From Eubacteriaceae bacterium (GTDB taxonomy: Bacteria; Bacillota; Clostridia; Eubacteriales; Eubacteriaceae): a stretch of 64,000 nucleotides of DNA. The stretch covers positions 21,889 to 85,888 of the forward strand of contig JAAYJS010000033.1 of NCBI GenBank assembly GCA_012522805.1, read 5' to 3'. The notes beneath the pieces are model-generated. The model was not told the origin of the DNA. It did not search any database and saw only the letters and a program-made list of their open reading frames with translations. A program made the translations under genes and the position numbers. This document shows, piece after piece, positions 19,966-29,363 of the stretch; position 1 is the first letter of the stretch; each line of letters starts with the position of its first letter.

Positions 19966-21321
19966 GTGATTCATCAGTTTTATAAAAAAGGTCACTATAT
20001 CGTTTTAGATGTGGACACGTCGACGCTCATGACCGTAGACGAAATGACCTATCATCTCATTGAAGACTTCCTTCAGTTCGATCAAAATGCATTGATCGCT
20101 CGATATGCACCGCGATATGGAGAACAGCAAGTAAAGGATGCCATAGTTGAAATACAGACCATGATCGACAAGCAACTCTTGTTTACAGACCATCGATACG
20201 ACCCGGCTTTTTATCATGGCCACGACGGTGTCAAAGCTTTATGTTTGCATATTGCCCACGACTGCAACTTAAAATGCGATTATTGTTTTGCCTCCCAAGG
20301 AGATTTTAAAGGCGAACGCTCGCTGATGTCTTTGGAAGTGGGAAAAAAAGCAATTGACTTTGTTATCGAGGCTTCCAAACATCGCAAAAATATTGAGATA
20401 GATTTCTTCGGCGGCGAACCCTTAATGAATTTCGATGTGGTTAAAGGCATCGTAGACTATGCACGAAAACGAGAAAAAGAAACGGGCAAACGATTTAATT
20501 TTACCATGACCACCAACGGTGTTTTATTGGATCAAGAAAAGCGGGATTACCTCAACGACACCATGCAAAACGTTGTTTTGAGTTTAGACGGACGAAAAGA
20601 AGTCCATGACCGTGTTCGCAAAACACTCAATGACAAAGGATCTTACGATGTCATTTCTGAGAATATTCTTGCGATGGTCAAAGAACGAGGGGACAAAGAA
20701 TACTATGTCCGTGGGACTTATACCAAGTACAATATGGATTTTTCAGAAGACGTCACCTTTTTGGCAGAACAAGGTATTCGGGAAATATCCATCGAACCCG
20801 TCGTCGCTAAAAAAGATCAGGACTACGCCATCCTAAAAGAAGATTTACCAAGAATATTAGAAGAATACGATATTTTATTGGATAAAATGATTGCGGATTA
20901 CCGAGAACAACCGGAGGGGTCCTACCGTTTTTTTCACTATCTCTTGGATTTGAGCAATGGCCCATGTGTTTACAAACGCTTATCCGGCTGCGGTGCGGGG
21001 AACGACTACTTAGCGGTTACACCGGAAGGAGATTTGTACCCTTGTCACCAGTTTGTGGGGGAAGAGAGATTTAAACTCGGCACTTTGGATACAGGCTTAG
21101 AGCAAAAGGAAATGTCGGTCGCATTTAAAAAAGCCAATCTATTGGAAAAAGAAGATTGTCAAAAATGTTGGTGTAAATATTTTTGTGGTGGCGGCTGCCA
21201 TGCCAACGCATACAATTTTAATCAAACACTTTTAAAACCCTACGATGTCGCCTGTGAAATAGAAAAAAAGCGAGTCGAAAACGCTTTGACTCTTCAAATT
21301 ATTAAGAGTGAAGAACATTGA
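19966..21321 (+). CDS. SCIFF peptide maturase (SPASM-domain radical SAM thioether-forming enzyme)
   Basis: The radical SAM motif CNLKCDYC is present, with C-terminal SPASM cysteines (CGAG...C, CQKCWCKYFCGGGC). The GTG start at 19966 is preceded by aaggag and gives VIHQFYKKGHYIVLDV, typical of the family. Confidence 0.88.
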   Translation: MIHQFYKKGHYIVLDVDTSTLMTVDEMTYHLIEDFLQFDQNALIARYAPRYGEQQVKDAIVEIQTMIDKQLLFTDHRYDPAFYHGHDGVKALCLHIAHDCNLKCDYCFASQGDFKGERSLMSLEVGKKAIDFVIEASKHRKNIEIDFFGGEPLMNFDVVKGIVDYARKREKETGKRFNFTMTTNGVLLDQEKRDYLNDTMQNVVLSLDGRKEVHDRVRKTLNDKGSYDVISENILAMVKERGDKEYYVRGTYTKYNMDFSEDVTFLAEQGIREISIEPVVAKKDQDYAILKEDLPRILEEYDILLDKMIADYREQPEGSYRFFHYLLDLSNGPCVYKRLSGCGAGNDYLAVTPEGDLYPCHQFVGEERFKLGTLDTGLEQKEMSVAFKKANLLEKEDCQKCWCKYFCGGGCHANAYNFNQTLLKPYDVACEIEKKRVENALTLQIIKSEEH

Positions 21322-21353
21322 CAAGTATAAACTTTAAAGTTTATACTGAACAT

Positions 21354-21603
21354 CTCCTGGGTCTGTGGTTGAAAGTCAATGCTAGTCGCAGGCGAAATGA
21401 TCCACGTAAGGCTTATAAAAAAATACTCAAGCTGAGCATAGTGCGGCTTAGAAGTAAGTCCAGCCGACATTGTCGAGAGGAAGATTCGTGTACAGCTAAA
21501 TTCCCAGCTGGCGGGTGTGGGGTTAAAGACCAGGTCAGTCAGGAGACGAGTAGCCATATTCAATATGCAACCCTGATGCAGTTGAATATGGCTACTTTTA
21601 ATT
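21354..21603 (+). ncRNA. Candidate raiA-motif structured ncRNA (independent transcription unit upstream of hpf)
   Basis: The promoter is TTGACA (21318-21323), an 18-nt spacer, then TATACT (21342-21347). The 5' CUCCUGGGUCU (21354-21364) is complementary to AGACCAGG/CAGGAG at 21527-21545. A strong terminator follows: GTAGCCATATTCAA (21550-21563) pairing with TTGAATATGGCTAC (21582-21595), then TTTTAATT. The position, directly 5' of a separately promoted raiA/hpf homologue, matches the described genomic context of the raiA motif. Confidence 0.5.
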
Positions 21604-21817
21604 AAGAACGTTTGCACATCGTTGGTGTTTTGCGTATGTTAACATCCTGTTATCGGGTGCAGGGGCTTTCTTGGGATTCGATGAAGTTTGAAGACTCACT
21701 TAATAGTCGATGACAACAGGGCAAAATAATGCTTTTTGTAAATAAACATGCTATAATCATGTTACATCAAGCCGTTCATTTAGCAGAAATCAACGACACT
21801 TGAAAGGAGTAGCAGTA

Positions 21818-22348
21818 ATGAAGTTTACCATTTATGGGAAAAACATGCATGTATCGGAAGGTTTAAAGGAAACTTTAAGAAAAAAGTTTGAAAAATTTGA
21901 TCGTTACTTTGATAGAGAAACAGAAGTATACGCTACCTTTAGCAGAGAAAAGAATCATAATGTTTTGGAAGTAACGATACCAATGGGGAGAACCATTTTA
22001 CGTGCAGAACAAATAACAGAAGACATGGTCGGTTCTATTGAAGCGGTTGTGGACAAATTAGAAGGACAATTGAGGAAACACAAAACAAAGCTTAAGAAAC
22101 AATACGCCGGAGAGTCTTTAAAGTACAATTTTGACGCTATTGAGAGTGTTGAAGAGGAGGACGATGGACCCCAAGTCGTACGTACAAAAAAATTTGCAGT
22201 CAAACCGATGACTGTTGACGAAGCGACGATGCAAATGGAATTGTTAGGGCATGACTTTTTCGTGTTTTTGAACGGTGAAACCGATGATGTCAATGTCGTT
22301 TACATGAGAAAAGACGGAAATTACGGGCTTATTGAACCCATATTTTAA
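21818..22348 (+). CDS. hpf: Ribosome hibernation-promoting factor (long HPF / RaiA family)
   Basis: The protein starts MKFTIYGKNMHVSEGLKE... and ends with a C-terminal dimerisation domain (VRTKKFAVKPMTVDEA...FVF.N). The start is moved to ATG 21818, after aaaggag. The gene has its own extended -10 promoter, TGCTATAAT, near 21755. Confidence 0.93.
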   Translation: MKFTIYGKNMHVSEGLKETLRKKFEKFDRYFDRETEVYATFSREKNHNVLEVTIPMGRTILRAEQITEDMVGSIEAVVDKLEGQLRKHKTKLKKQYAGESLKYNFDAIESVEEEDDGPQVVRTKKFAVKPMTVDEATMQMELLGHDFFVFLNGETDDVNVVYMRKDGNYGLIEPIF

Positions 22349-22360
22349 ATTATTTGAGCA

Positions 22361-22392
22361 AACACCCGTTGTAAAAACGGGTGTTTTGTTTG
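22361..22392 (+). terminator. Rho-independent terminator of hpf
   Basis: The sequence is AACACCCGTTgtaaaAACGGGTGTTttgttt. Confidence 0.85.
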
Positions 22393-22469
22393 ACAACAAT
22401 ATTAAATTGATTTAAAATATATCAATAAGTTTAAAGGATATTATCAGTATTGTAAATGAGGTCTCACAT

Positions 22470-24086
22470 ATGTTTTTTTTACTCGCCATTTTAATTGGCA
22501 TCATCATAGGAACATTAAGAAAAGGAACTATATCGAATATAAGAGCAACATCGCTGTCCCTCTTACCTTTGGGGTTGGTGGGCATTGTGGTACAAATTGC
22601 GCTGCATTTTTTGGTATATGTTCCATCGGCGAGTTCTTTAGATATGGTGATACCGGTACTCAACTTGGTTTCCTACGTCTTCATCTTGGTGATGCTGACC
22701 TTCAACTTGGATGAGGTTTGGAACGTTATGATGGTTGTCGGAACCATGGCTAATTTTGTCGTAACATTTATGAATGCGGCTAAAATGCCTGTAGCTGCCA
22801 ATATTGTAGCATCCATCGACCAATCAGCATTAGGACAATCCATTCTCGCACAGAACAATTTGTCCGGCGGTTTAATAGAAAATTTAAGTATTTTTACCCA
22901 AATAGATTTACAAACCACAAAGTTATGGTTTTTAGGTATCAACATCAAAGTACCATTCTTTGAACATATTTCACCAATGTACGGTGCCGTTCCCGGCATC
23001 AGCATCGGTACGATTTTGTTATTAATTGGCCTCATCGGTTGGATACAATTCGCAATGGTTCGCAAATCTGAAACCGATGCAGTTGAAATACCGAAAGCTC
23101 AAGAAGAGACCCCGCAACCGGTGACACAAGACACCATTCAAGTCGCGAATCTCGAAAAGGGCAATGCAGTCGATCGCTTGGAAGAACTGGAAACCGAACC
23201 GGAATTGCCAATTATGCCCTTGAAAACTGAAAAAGATAGCCTAAAAACACAAACTATCGATACGGCATCGGATACCTTACTCTACACCACACCGGTGGTA
23301 GAAAAAGAAGAGAAGCAAAGTGAAAGGCCGCAGGGTTTCTTCACACAAAACTTTTATGCTGAAAAAGAAAAGAGTATCCACAAGGAAGCGGGAGCAAAAC
23401 CATCTGAGGAAAAAATGGATGAACCTCTCTTCGAAAAAAATATCGAAGAAGATGAGATCCAAAAAGATGAAGCCATCGACCATAAGAGTGATACAGCACG
23501 CAAAGCCACAACGGATACAGATTTTCTTGGACCTTCAATTTTAGAAGTGATGAATAAAGAGAGAATCAGCACGGAAGATTCGTTCTTTAAAGAAACGGAA
23601 TCGGCTGAAACTAAAGTGGAAGCAAAAACGGAAGAGTCGCCAGTTCGCAAACAAAAACCCATCATTGTTGCTACTGGTGGCAGTGGAAGTGGCAGAGGTA
23701 GAAGTAGAAAAATGAGTCAATCCAAGAAAAAAACCGGTCTTAATGAAGACGAAATGCGTAACGTATGGCAAAATGTAGCCAAAGAAAACCAAAAGCTCAA
23801 ACAAAGAGGTAGAGGTTACGTCATTGAAGAAACGCCGAAAAGTACGGATGAAAGAAAATTCTTTACAAAACCCGTCAGTTCTGAAAAAATCTCTGATGTT
23901 CAGAAACAAGATCTAATGGATCAAACCATCGACGAACGCGCTTTTTCCGTTACCAAACCGCACAGTGTTGTAGAAGATACAACAGCTCATGCAACGACCG
24001 ATGATGAAAATCGCGAGAGAGCCGGGTACGAAAAAGTACATGTTACCATCGATGGAAAAGAGATTTCTTATTGGAAAAAAATCTAA
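22470..24086 (+). CDS. DUF5317-like membrane protein with a long charged low-complexity C-terminal extension
   Basis: The N-terminal ~195 aa are polytopic (MFFLLAILIGIIIGTLRKG...), resembling DUF5317. The remaining ~340 aa are E/K/T/Q-rich with no recognisable domain. Confidence 0.55.
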   Translation: MFFLLAILIGIIIGTLRKGTISNIRATSLSLLPLGLVGIVVQIALHFLVYVPSASSLDMVIPVLNLVSYVFILVMLTFNLDEVWNVMMVVGTMANFVVTFMNAAKMPVAANIVASIDQSALGQSILAQNNLSGGLIENLSIFTQIDLQTTKLWFLGINIKVPFFEHISPMYGAVPGISIGTILLLIGLIGWIQFAMVRKSETDAVEIPKAQEETPQPVTQDTIQVANLEKGNAVDRLEELETEPELPIMPLKTEKDSLKTQTIDTASDTLLYTTPVVEKEEKQSERPQGFFTQNFYAEKEKSIHKEAGAKPSEEKMDEPLFEKNIEEDEIQKDEAIDHKSDTARKATTDTDFLGPSILEVMNKERISTEDSFFKETESAETKVEAKTEESPVRKQKPIIVATGGSGSGRGRSRKMSQSKKKTGLNEDEMRNVWQNVAKENQKLKQRGRGYVIEETPKSTDERKFFTKPVSSEKISDVQKQDLMDQTIDERAFSVTKPHSVVEDTTAHATTDDENRERAGYEKVHVTIDGKEISYWKKI

Positions 24087-24102
24087 GGATGCAAGAGTAT
24101 TT

Positions 24103-24130
24103 AAAAACACGTGGTTCACGTGTTTTTTTA
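24103..24130 (+). terminator. Rho-independent terminator
   Basis: The sequence is aaaaaCACGTGgttCACGTGttttttt. Confidence 0.75.
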
Positions 24131-24309
24131 TGTAAAATAACGGATCGTGGATGGCAAAAAAAGCACATCGGCAATTTGAGAAAACCCGACACCGTTCGCA
24201 TTGGATAGATTGTCCTACCATAAAAAGAAGGCCTTACAAACTTAAACGTCTTGTAATGCCTATCATAAAATGAGATAATTTTTCAGAACAATGAATTAAG
24301 GAGATATAT

Positions 24310-26835
24310 ATGGGATTCTTCAGCAGTTTCTTTGACCATAGTAAAAGGCAAATAAAAAAACTCAATAAAATAGCGGACAAAATACTCGACTTAGAACAGG
24401 TTTATCGCAATTATTCAGACGAAGAATTAAAAAATAAAACACAAATTTTTAAAGAACGGCTGGCCCAAGGGGAAACCTTAGACGATATCTTGATAGAAGC
24501 TTTCGCAACCGTTCGAGAAGTCTCTACGAGAGTATTGGGGATGACCCATTATCCGGTACAATTAATCGGTGGTATGGTGTTGCACCAAGGGGATATCGCG
24601 GAAATGAAAACAGGCGAAGGTAAAACCTTAGTGGCCACGCTGCCGGCTTATCTCAATGCCTTGACAGGTAGGGGTGTTTACATTGTTACTGTGAACGACT
24701 ATTTGGCAAAGCGCGACTCCGAGTGGATGGGGAGCATCTACAAATTTTTAGGTTTAAGCGTCGGTTTGGTGGTTCATGGATTATCCTATGAAGAGAAAAA
24801 AGTGGCCTATGAAGCGGATATCACCTATGGTACCAATAACGAATTCGGATTCGACTACTTAAGAGACAACATGGTCATCGACAAAAGCCAACAAGTTCAA
24901 CGAATGTTGAATTATGCGATCATCGATGAGGTCGATAGCGTGCTCATCGACGAAGCCAGAACACCTCTCATCATATCCGGAAGCGGTGAGGAAAGCACCA
25001 AACTGTATTCGGTTGCCAACACCTTTATCCGTTCTTTAAAACCTCAACACTACGTAAAAGACGAAGAAGCAAAGACGGTTGTTTTGACGGAAGAGGGTAT
25101 CGAAAAAGCGGAAAGCTTTTTCGGCTTAGACAATTTGGCGGATGTCGAGAATATGGGTATTTCCCATAACATCAACCAAGCCTTGCACGCCCATATCCTC
25201 ATGACAAAGGATATCGACTATATGGTTAAAGATGGCGAAGTGATTATCGTCGACGAGTTTACCGGAAGGCCGATGCCGGGACGTCGTTATTCCAACGGTT
25301 TACACCAAGCGATCGAAGCTAAGGAAGGGGTGACGGTCAACAGAGAATCCAAAACTTTAGCGACGGTTACCTTTCAAAATTACTTCCGGATGTTTAAAAA
25401 ATTGGCCGGTATGACCGGTACGGCTAAAACAGAGGAAGAGGAATTTGTCTCCCTCTACAACTTAAATGTCATCACGATTCCGACCAATAGCGAGATGTCC
25501 CAAACCGGGGTGCCGAGAACGGATTTAAACGACTTGGTTTATCCGACGGAGGCTAAAAAATTTAAGGCCATTGTATCCGATGTAAAAGAACGGCATCGGA
25601 TCGGTCAGCCGGTGCTCATCGGTACCATATCCATTGAAAAGTCTGAACTTTTAAGTAAACATCTCAAAAGAGAGGGCATTCCCCACAACGTTTTGAATGC
25701 AAAATACTTAGAAAAAGAAGCGGACATCATTTCCATGGCAGGCCAAAAAAATGCTGTGACCATTTCCACCAATATGGCGGGTCGAGGTACGGACATTGTT
25801 TTGGGAGAGGGCGTTCAAGAACTGGGCGGTCTACACATTTTAGGGACAGAACGGCACGAAAGCCGAAGAATCGACAATCAGCTCAGGGGTCGTTCCGGGC
25901 GGCAAGGAGATCCGGGTTCATCACAATTTTACATTTCCTTGGAAGACGATTTGATGCGCATTTTCGGCTCCGATCGCATCAAAGATTTTGTAGATAATGC
26001 CGGTTTAGATGACGATACGCCGATAGAAAACAAACTCTTAACCAGAGGAATCGAAAACGCTCAGAAAAAAGTGGAGAGCCGAAATTTTAACATCAGAAAA
26101 AATGTTCTCCAATACGATAACGTCATGAACCGACAGAGAGAAATCATCTACGGTCAAAGACAACAAGTGCTCGATGGCGAAAATATGCACGAGCAAATCA
26201 ATAAAATGACTTCGGATATGGTGTCACACTACGTTCGAATGTACACGAATCGAGGAGAATACTACGAAGATTGGGACATTCCCTCCTTGGTAAACTTTTT
26301 CGAAAGCGGTTTTTTACCCAAGGGCTCACTGGATTTGTCCGATACCGATCTCAGTGTCGAAGAAATAGAAGAACGAATTCTCCAAGCCTTTGAAATGTTG
26401 TATAATGAAAAACGAGAAGTGTTGTCCGATGAAAATTTAGAAAATTTGGAGCGGGCAATCTTACTCACAACGGTAGATGCCGCATGGATGGAGCATATCG
26501 ACAATATGGATCAACTGAAACAAGGTATTGGGCTTCGAGCTTACGGACAAACCAACCCGGTGGATGAATACACCAAAGAAGGTTTTGATATGTTTGAAGA
26601 AATGACTTACCGCATTCAGGAAGATACGGTCAAGTACATCCACAATGTCGATGTTACAAGATTGCCAACAACTATGCAGGCACAGCAAAATCTTGATCAG
26701 GTACAAACCAACCGTGGAGATATACAAGGGGACGCACCTCCTAAAACCGTCGTTAAAGATAAAAAAGTTGGAAGAAACGAGCCCTGTCCCTGTGGTAGTG
26801 GAAAAAAATATAAGAGATGTTGTGGCAGAAATTAA
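24310..26835 (+). CDS. secA: Preprotein translocase ATPase SecA
   Basis: The 841-aa protein has the motifs [11 protein letters not shown] and [19 protein letters not shown] and the C-terminal zinc motif [14 protein letters not shown]. Confidence 0.98.
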   Translation: MGFFSSFFDHSKRQIKKLNKIADKILDLEQVYRNYSDEELKNKTQIFKERLAQGETLDDILIEAFATVREVSTRVLGMTHYPVQLIGGMVLHQGDIAEMKTGEGKTLVATLPAYLNALTGRGVYIVTVNDYLAKRDSEWMGSIYKFLGLSVGLVVHGLSYEEKKVAYEADITYGTNNEFGFDYLRDNMVIDKSQQVQRMLNYAIIDEVDSVLIDEARTPLIISGSGEESTKLYSVANTFIRSLKPQHYVKDEEAKTVVLTEEGIEKAESFFGLDNLADVENMGISHNINQALHAHILMTKDIDYMVKDGEVIIVDEFTGRPMPGRRYSNGLHQAIEAKEGVTVNRESKTLATVTFQNYFRMFKKLAGMTGTAKTEEEEFVSLYNLNVITIPTNSEMSQTGVPRTDLNDLVYPTEAKKFKAIVSDVKERHRIGQPVLIGTISIEKSELLSKHLKREGIPHNVLNAKYLEKEADIISMAGQKNAVTISTNMAGRGTDIVLGEGVQELGGLHILGTERHESRRIDNQLRGRSGRQGDPGSSQFYISLEDDLMRIFGSDRIKDFVDNAGLDDDTPIENKLLTRGIENAQKKVESRNFNIRKNVLQYDNVMNRQREIIYGQRQQVLDGENMHEQINKMTSDMVSHYVRMYTNRGEYYEDWDIPSLVNFFESGFLPKGSLDLSDTDLSVEEIEERILQAFEMLYNEKREVLSDENLENLERAILLTTVDAAWMEHIDNMDQLKQGIGLRAYGQTNPVDEYTKEGFDMFEEMTYRIQEDTVKYIHNVDVTRLPTTMQAQQNLDQVQTNRGDIQGDAPPKTVVKDKKVGRNEPCPCGSGKKYKRCCGRN

Positions 26836-26862
26836 AAATTTCATATGAAAGGATGTGATTGT

Positions 26863-27961
26863 GTGATCGATGTTTATGAAATCAAACAAGATATTGAACA
26901 AATGGACGAATTACTGATAAAGCTTGGTGATTCACTTTGACTTACCCAATTTAAAAAGTGAAATACAAACCTATACGAAGAGAACGGAACAACCGGATTT
27001 TTGGAACGATAGCGATAAAGCCCAAAATATTTTAAAAAGATTAAAACAAATAAAATACAAGGTCGATCAGTACGATCATCTGGTTGATGATTTAGACGAC
27101 TTGAAAATTATGTTGGAATTATTGGAAATGGGCGAAGAAGTCGGGAATATAGATCAGCAGCTGGGGTCTTATCGTGAAGAGCTGGAAAGTTTCAAGCTGG
27201 AAACCCTGTTATCCGGCGAATACGATGGCAATAACGCTATTATTGCGATACATTCCGGTGCCGGTGGTACCGAATCCCAAGACTGGGCTGAAATGCTCCT
27301 GCGCATGTTTACCCGTTGGGCGGAAAAAAAAGGATACCATCTCAAAACCTTGGACTTGCAACCCGGCGATGTCGCCGGTGTTAAAAGTGCGACCATTTTG
27401 GTAGAGGGCGTCAATGCCTACGGTTACCTGAAAACGGAAAGAGGTGTGCACCGATTGGTGCGTATTTCACCCTTCGATTCTTCCGGCAGGCGTCATACAT
27501 CCTTTGCTTCCTTGGATGTTATTCCGGAAGTGGACGACACCGTAGAAATTGACATCAACCCCGACGATCTGCGCATCGACACCTATCGAGCCAGTGGAGC
27601 CGGGGGGCAACACGTCAACAAGACATCCTCAGCTGTGCGCATTACCCATCTACCGACGGGAATTGTTGTCCAATGTCAAAATGAGCGATCTCAACATCAA
27701 AACAGGGACGTTGCCATGAACATGCTGAAAAGTAAATTAATCGAAGTCATGGAGCAGGAAAACAAGGAAAAGCTGGACGATATCGTCGGCGATTATTCCC
27801 AAATTGCTTGGGGCTCTCAAATACGATCCTATGTTTTTCACCCTTACACCATGGTTAAAGATCATCGCACAAACGAAGAAATAGGTAATATCCAATCTGT
27901 CATGGACGGAGATATTGATCCGTTCATCAATGCATATTTGCAGCAGCAAGTGAAATCGTAG
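26863..27961 (+). CDS. prfB: Peptide chain release factor 2, with a programmed +1 frameshift (26863..26937 joined to 26939..27961)
   Basis: Frame 0 runs [28 protein letters not shown] and then reaches an in-frame TGA within CTT TGA C (26935-26941). Frame +1 continues [10 protein letters not shown]... through the SPF and GGQ (SGAGGQHVN) motifs. Confidence 0.93.
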
Positions 27962-27968
27962 GTGTACT

Positions 27969-29273
27969 ATGACATTTTTAACAGCCTTAAAAGAAAAAGT
28001 TCTTTGTTTAGACGGTGCAATGGGGTCTCAAGTACAAAACCGATTAAAAAGTTACAGCGGACCACCGGATTTTTTAAATTTGACAAATCCGGAAACCATC
28101 GTTGCCATTCATCGGGAATATGTCGAAGCCGGTGCAGATGTGGTTTTGACCAATACTTTCAATACCAATCCCTTTAAAAAGGGTATGACCGATGAAAAAA
28201 TAAGGGAGATCATCCCAAAAGCCATCGAAAATGCCCGAGCATCGGGGGCGTCTTATGTCCTTTACGACATGACCACCTTAGGAAAATTATTGGGTGTGGA
28301 TCTGTCCTTCGAGGAGGCCTATCGCGGATATCTCAATATCTTAGAAAAACTGGATCCGACACAGATCGACGGATTGTTCATCGAAACCATGGCGGATTTA
28401 AACGAAGCAAAGGTTGCGGTATTGGCAGCAAAAGCCACCCACCCGGAACTGCCTATTGTCGTTTCCATGACCTATGATAGCCAACACAAAACCCTGACCG
28501 GTTCCGACCCCACAGCCTGTGCCATGGTGTTGGAGGGCTTGGGTGTTCAAGGTATCGGGGTAAATTGTTCCACAGGTCCTGAAAACATGGTTTCTATTGT
28601 AAAAGATTATCGATCTTCCACATCTTTGCCGATTTTTGTCAAACCCAATGCCGGCATGCCGAAGTTGGTAGATGGAGAAAACCTGTACGATGTGACCCCT
28701 CAAGCTTTCGCCGAGGAAATGAAAAGCCTGCTGGACTTAAACATAGCCGCTGTGGGCGGGTGTTGCGGTACGACACCGGCGCATATCCGTATGTTGATGG
28801 AATTGGTAAAAAAGGTTTCTCCCAATCGGGAGATGCCGGAAAAAGTCGACACCTATGGAACACATTTTACGAGTTCAGTACTCGAGGACCAAGAAAAACT
28901 GACGGCTGTTACTGTAGAGCTGCCCACATCGGAAAGAGTTTTATCAACTCCCGGAAACTTTCAACGAACGATGAACAAGACCATTAGAAAAACGATCAGC
29001 GGTGAGGAAGTCGTTTATTTTGATTTGGATGGGACCGAGCAATCTGTCTTGGAAAAATTAACGACTGTCTTCAATGAACAACCGCCCATCTTAAAAAAAG
29101 CTGTGGTATTGCAATGTAAAGAACCGGAGATATTGGAAAGCTTTTTGCGGTATTTAAGCGGCAAACCCATCGTTCTTACGAATCAAGAAGATGGAGATAC
29201 CAAAGAGCTGCAAAGGTTGCAAAGCCGGTACGCCGCTTTATGGTTGGGAGAAAATAGAATTCTCCTCAAATAA
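27969..29273 (+). CDS. Homocysteine S-methyltransferase-domain protein with a truncated pterin-binding-like tail
   Basis: The N-terminal ~290 aa carry Hcy-binding domain motifs (LDGAMGS..., NCS.GP, GGCCGTTP). The C-terminal ~140 aa only weakly resemble the first part of a MetH pterin-binding barrel. Confidence 0.7.
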   Translation: MTFLTALKEKVLCLDGAMGSQVQNRLKSYSGPPDFLNLTNPETIVAIHREYVEAGADVVLTNTFNTNPFKKGMTDEKIREIIPKAIENARASGASYVLYDMTTLGKLLGVDLSFEEAYRGYLNILEKLDPTQIDGLFIETMADLNEAKVAVLAAKATHPELPIVVSMTYDSQHKTLTGSDPTACAMVLEGLGVQGIGVNCSTGPENMVSIVKDYRSSTSLPIFVKPNAGMPKLVDGENLYDVTPQAFAEEMKSLLDLNIAAVGGCCGTTPAHIRMLMELVKKVSPNREMPEKVDTYGTHFTSSVLEDQEKLTAVTVELPTSERVLSTPGNFQRTMNKTIRKTISGEEVVYFDLDGTEQSVLEKLTTVFNEQPPILKKAVVLQCKEPEILESFLRYLSGKPIVLTNQEDGDTKELQRLQSRYAALWLGENRILLK

Positions 29274-29295
29274 AAGGAACATTCAAATTTAAGGA

Positions 29296-29350
29296 AAAAC
29301 ACAACCGGACCGCCAAAGGTTTGATAACTTTTGGCGGTCCGGTTTTTTAG
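29296..29350. terminator. Bidirectional terminator between convergent genes
   Basis: The sequence is aaaaacacAACCGGACCGCCAAAggtttgataacTTTGGCGGTCCGGTTttttt, with an A-run 5' and a T-run 3'. Confidence 0.85.
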
Positions 29351-29363
29351 GTTTTACCGTATT

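Noticed and set aside
21527-21556. GACCAGGUCAGUCAGGAGACGAGUAGCC looks superficially like the SRP RNA domain IV motif (GGUCAGGUCCGGAAGGAAGCAGCC).
   Set aside because: The GNAR tetraloop helix cannot form: the flanks of GGAG do not pair. The symmetric and asymmetric loop residues are also not in register. The genomic context and the terminator fit a raiA-type or other sRNA better.
21294-21617. A 95-aa (+) ORF at 21318..21605 and a 107-aa (-) ORF at 21294..21617 appear in the ORF track.
   Set aside because: Neither has an RBS, and the (+) ORF would start inside the -35 box. Their composition is not protein-like. The region is bounded by a promoter and an intrinsic terminator and has extensive self-complementarity, so it is treated as noncoding RNA.
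22638-24221. Several long antisense or alternate-frame ORFs (61-130 aa) overlap the DUF5317-tail gene.
   Set aside because: They are by-products of GAA/AAA/AAG-rich low-complexity coding sequence. They have no RBSs, and their products are poly-Phe/Ser/Leu-like mirror images of the sense frame.
24151-24273. A 40-codon basic uORF (MAKKAHRQFEKTRHRSHWIDCPTIKRRPYKLKRLVMPIIK) ends 36 nt before secA. I considered it as a SecM/MifM-style arrest peptide.
   Set aside because: It has no convincing Shine-Dalgarno sequence. It has no N-terminal signal or TM segment, which secretion-monitoring arrest peptides require, and no known arrest motif. It most likely reflects chance in an AT-rich leader, and only ribosome profiling could revive it.
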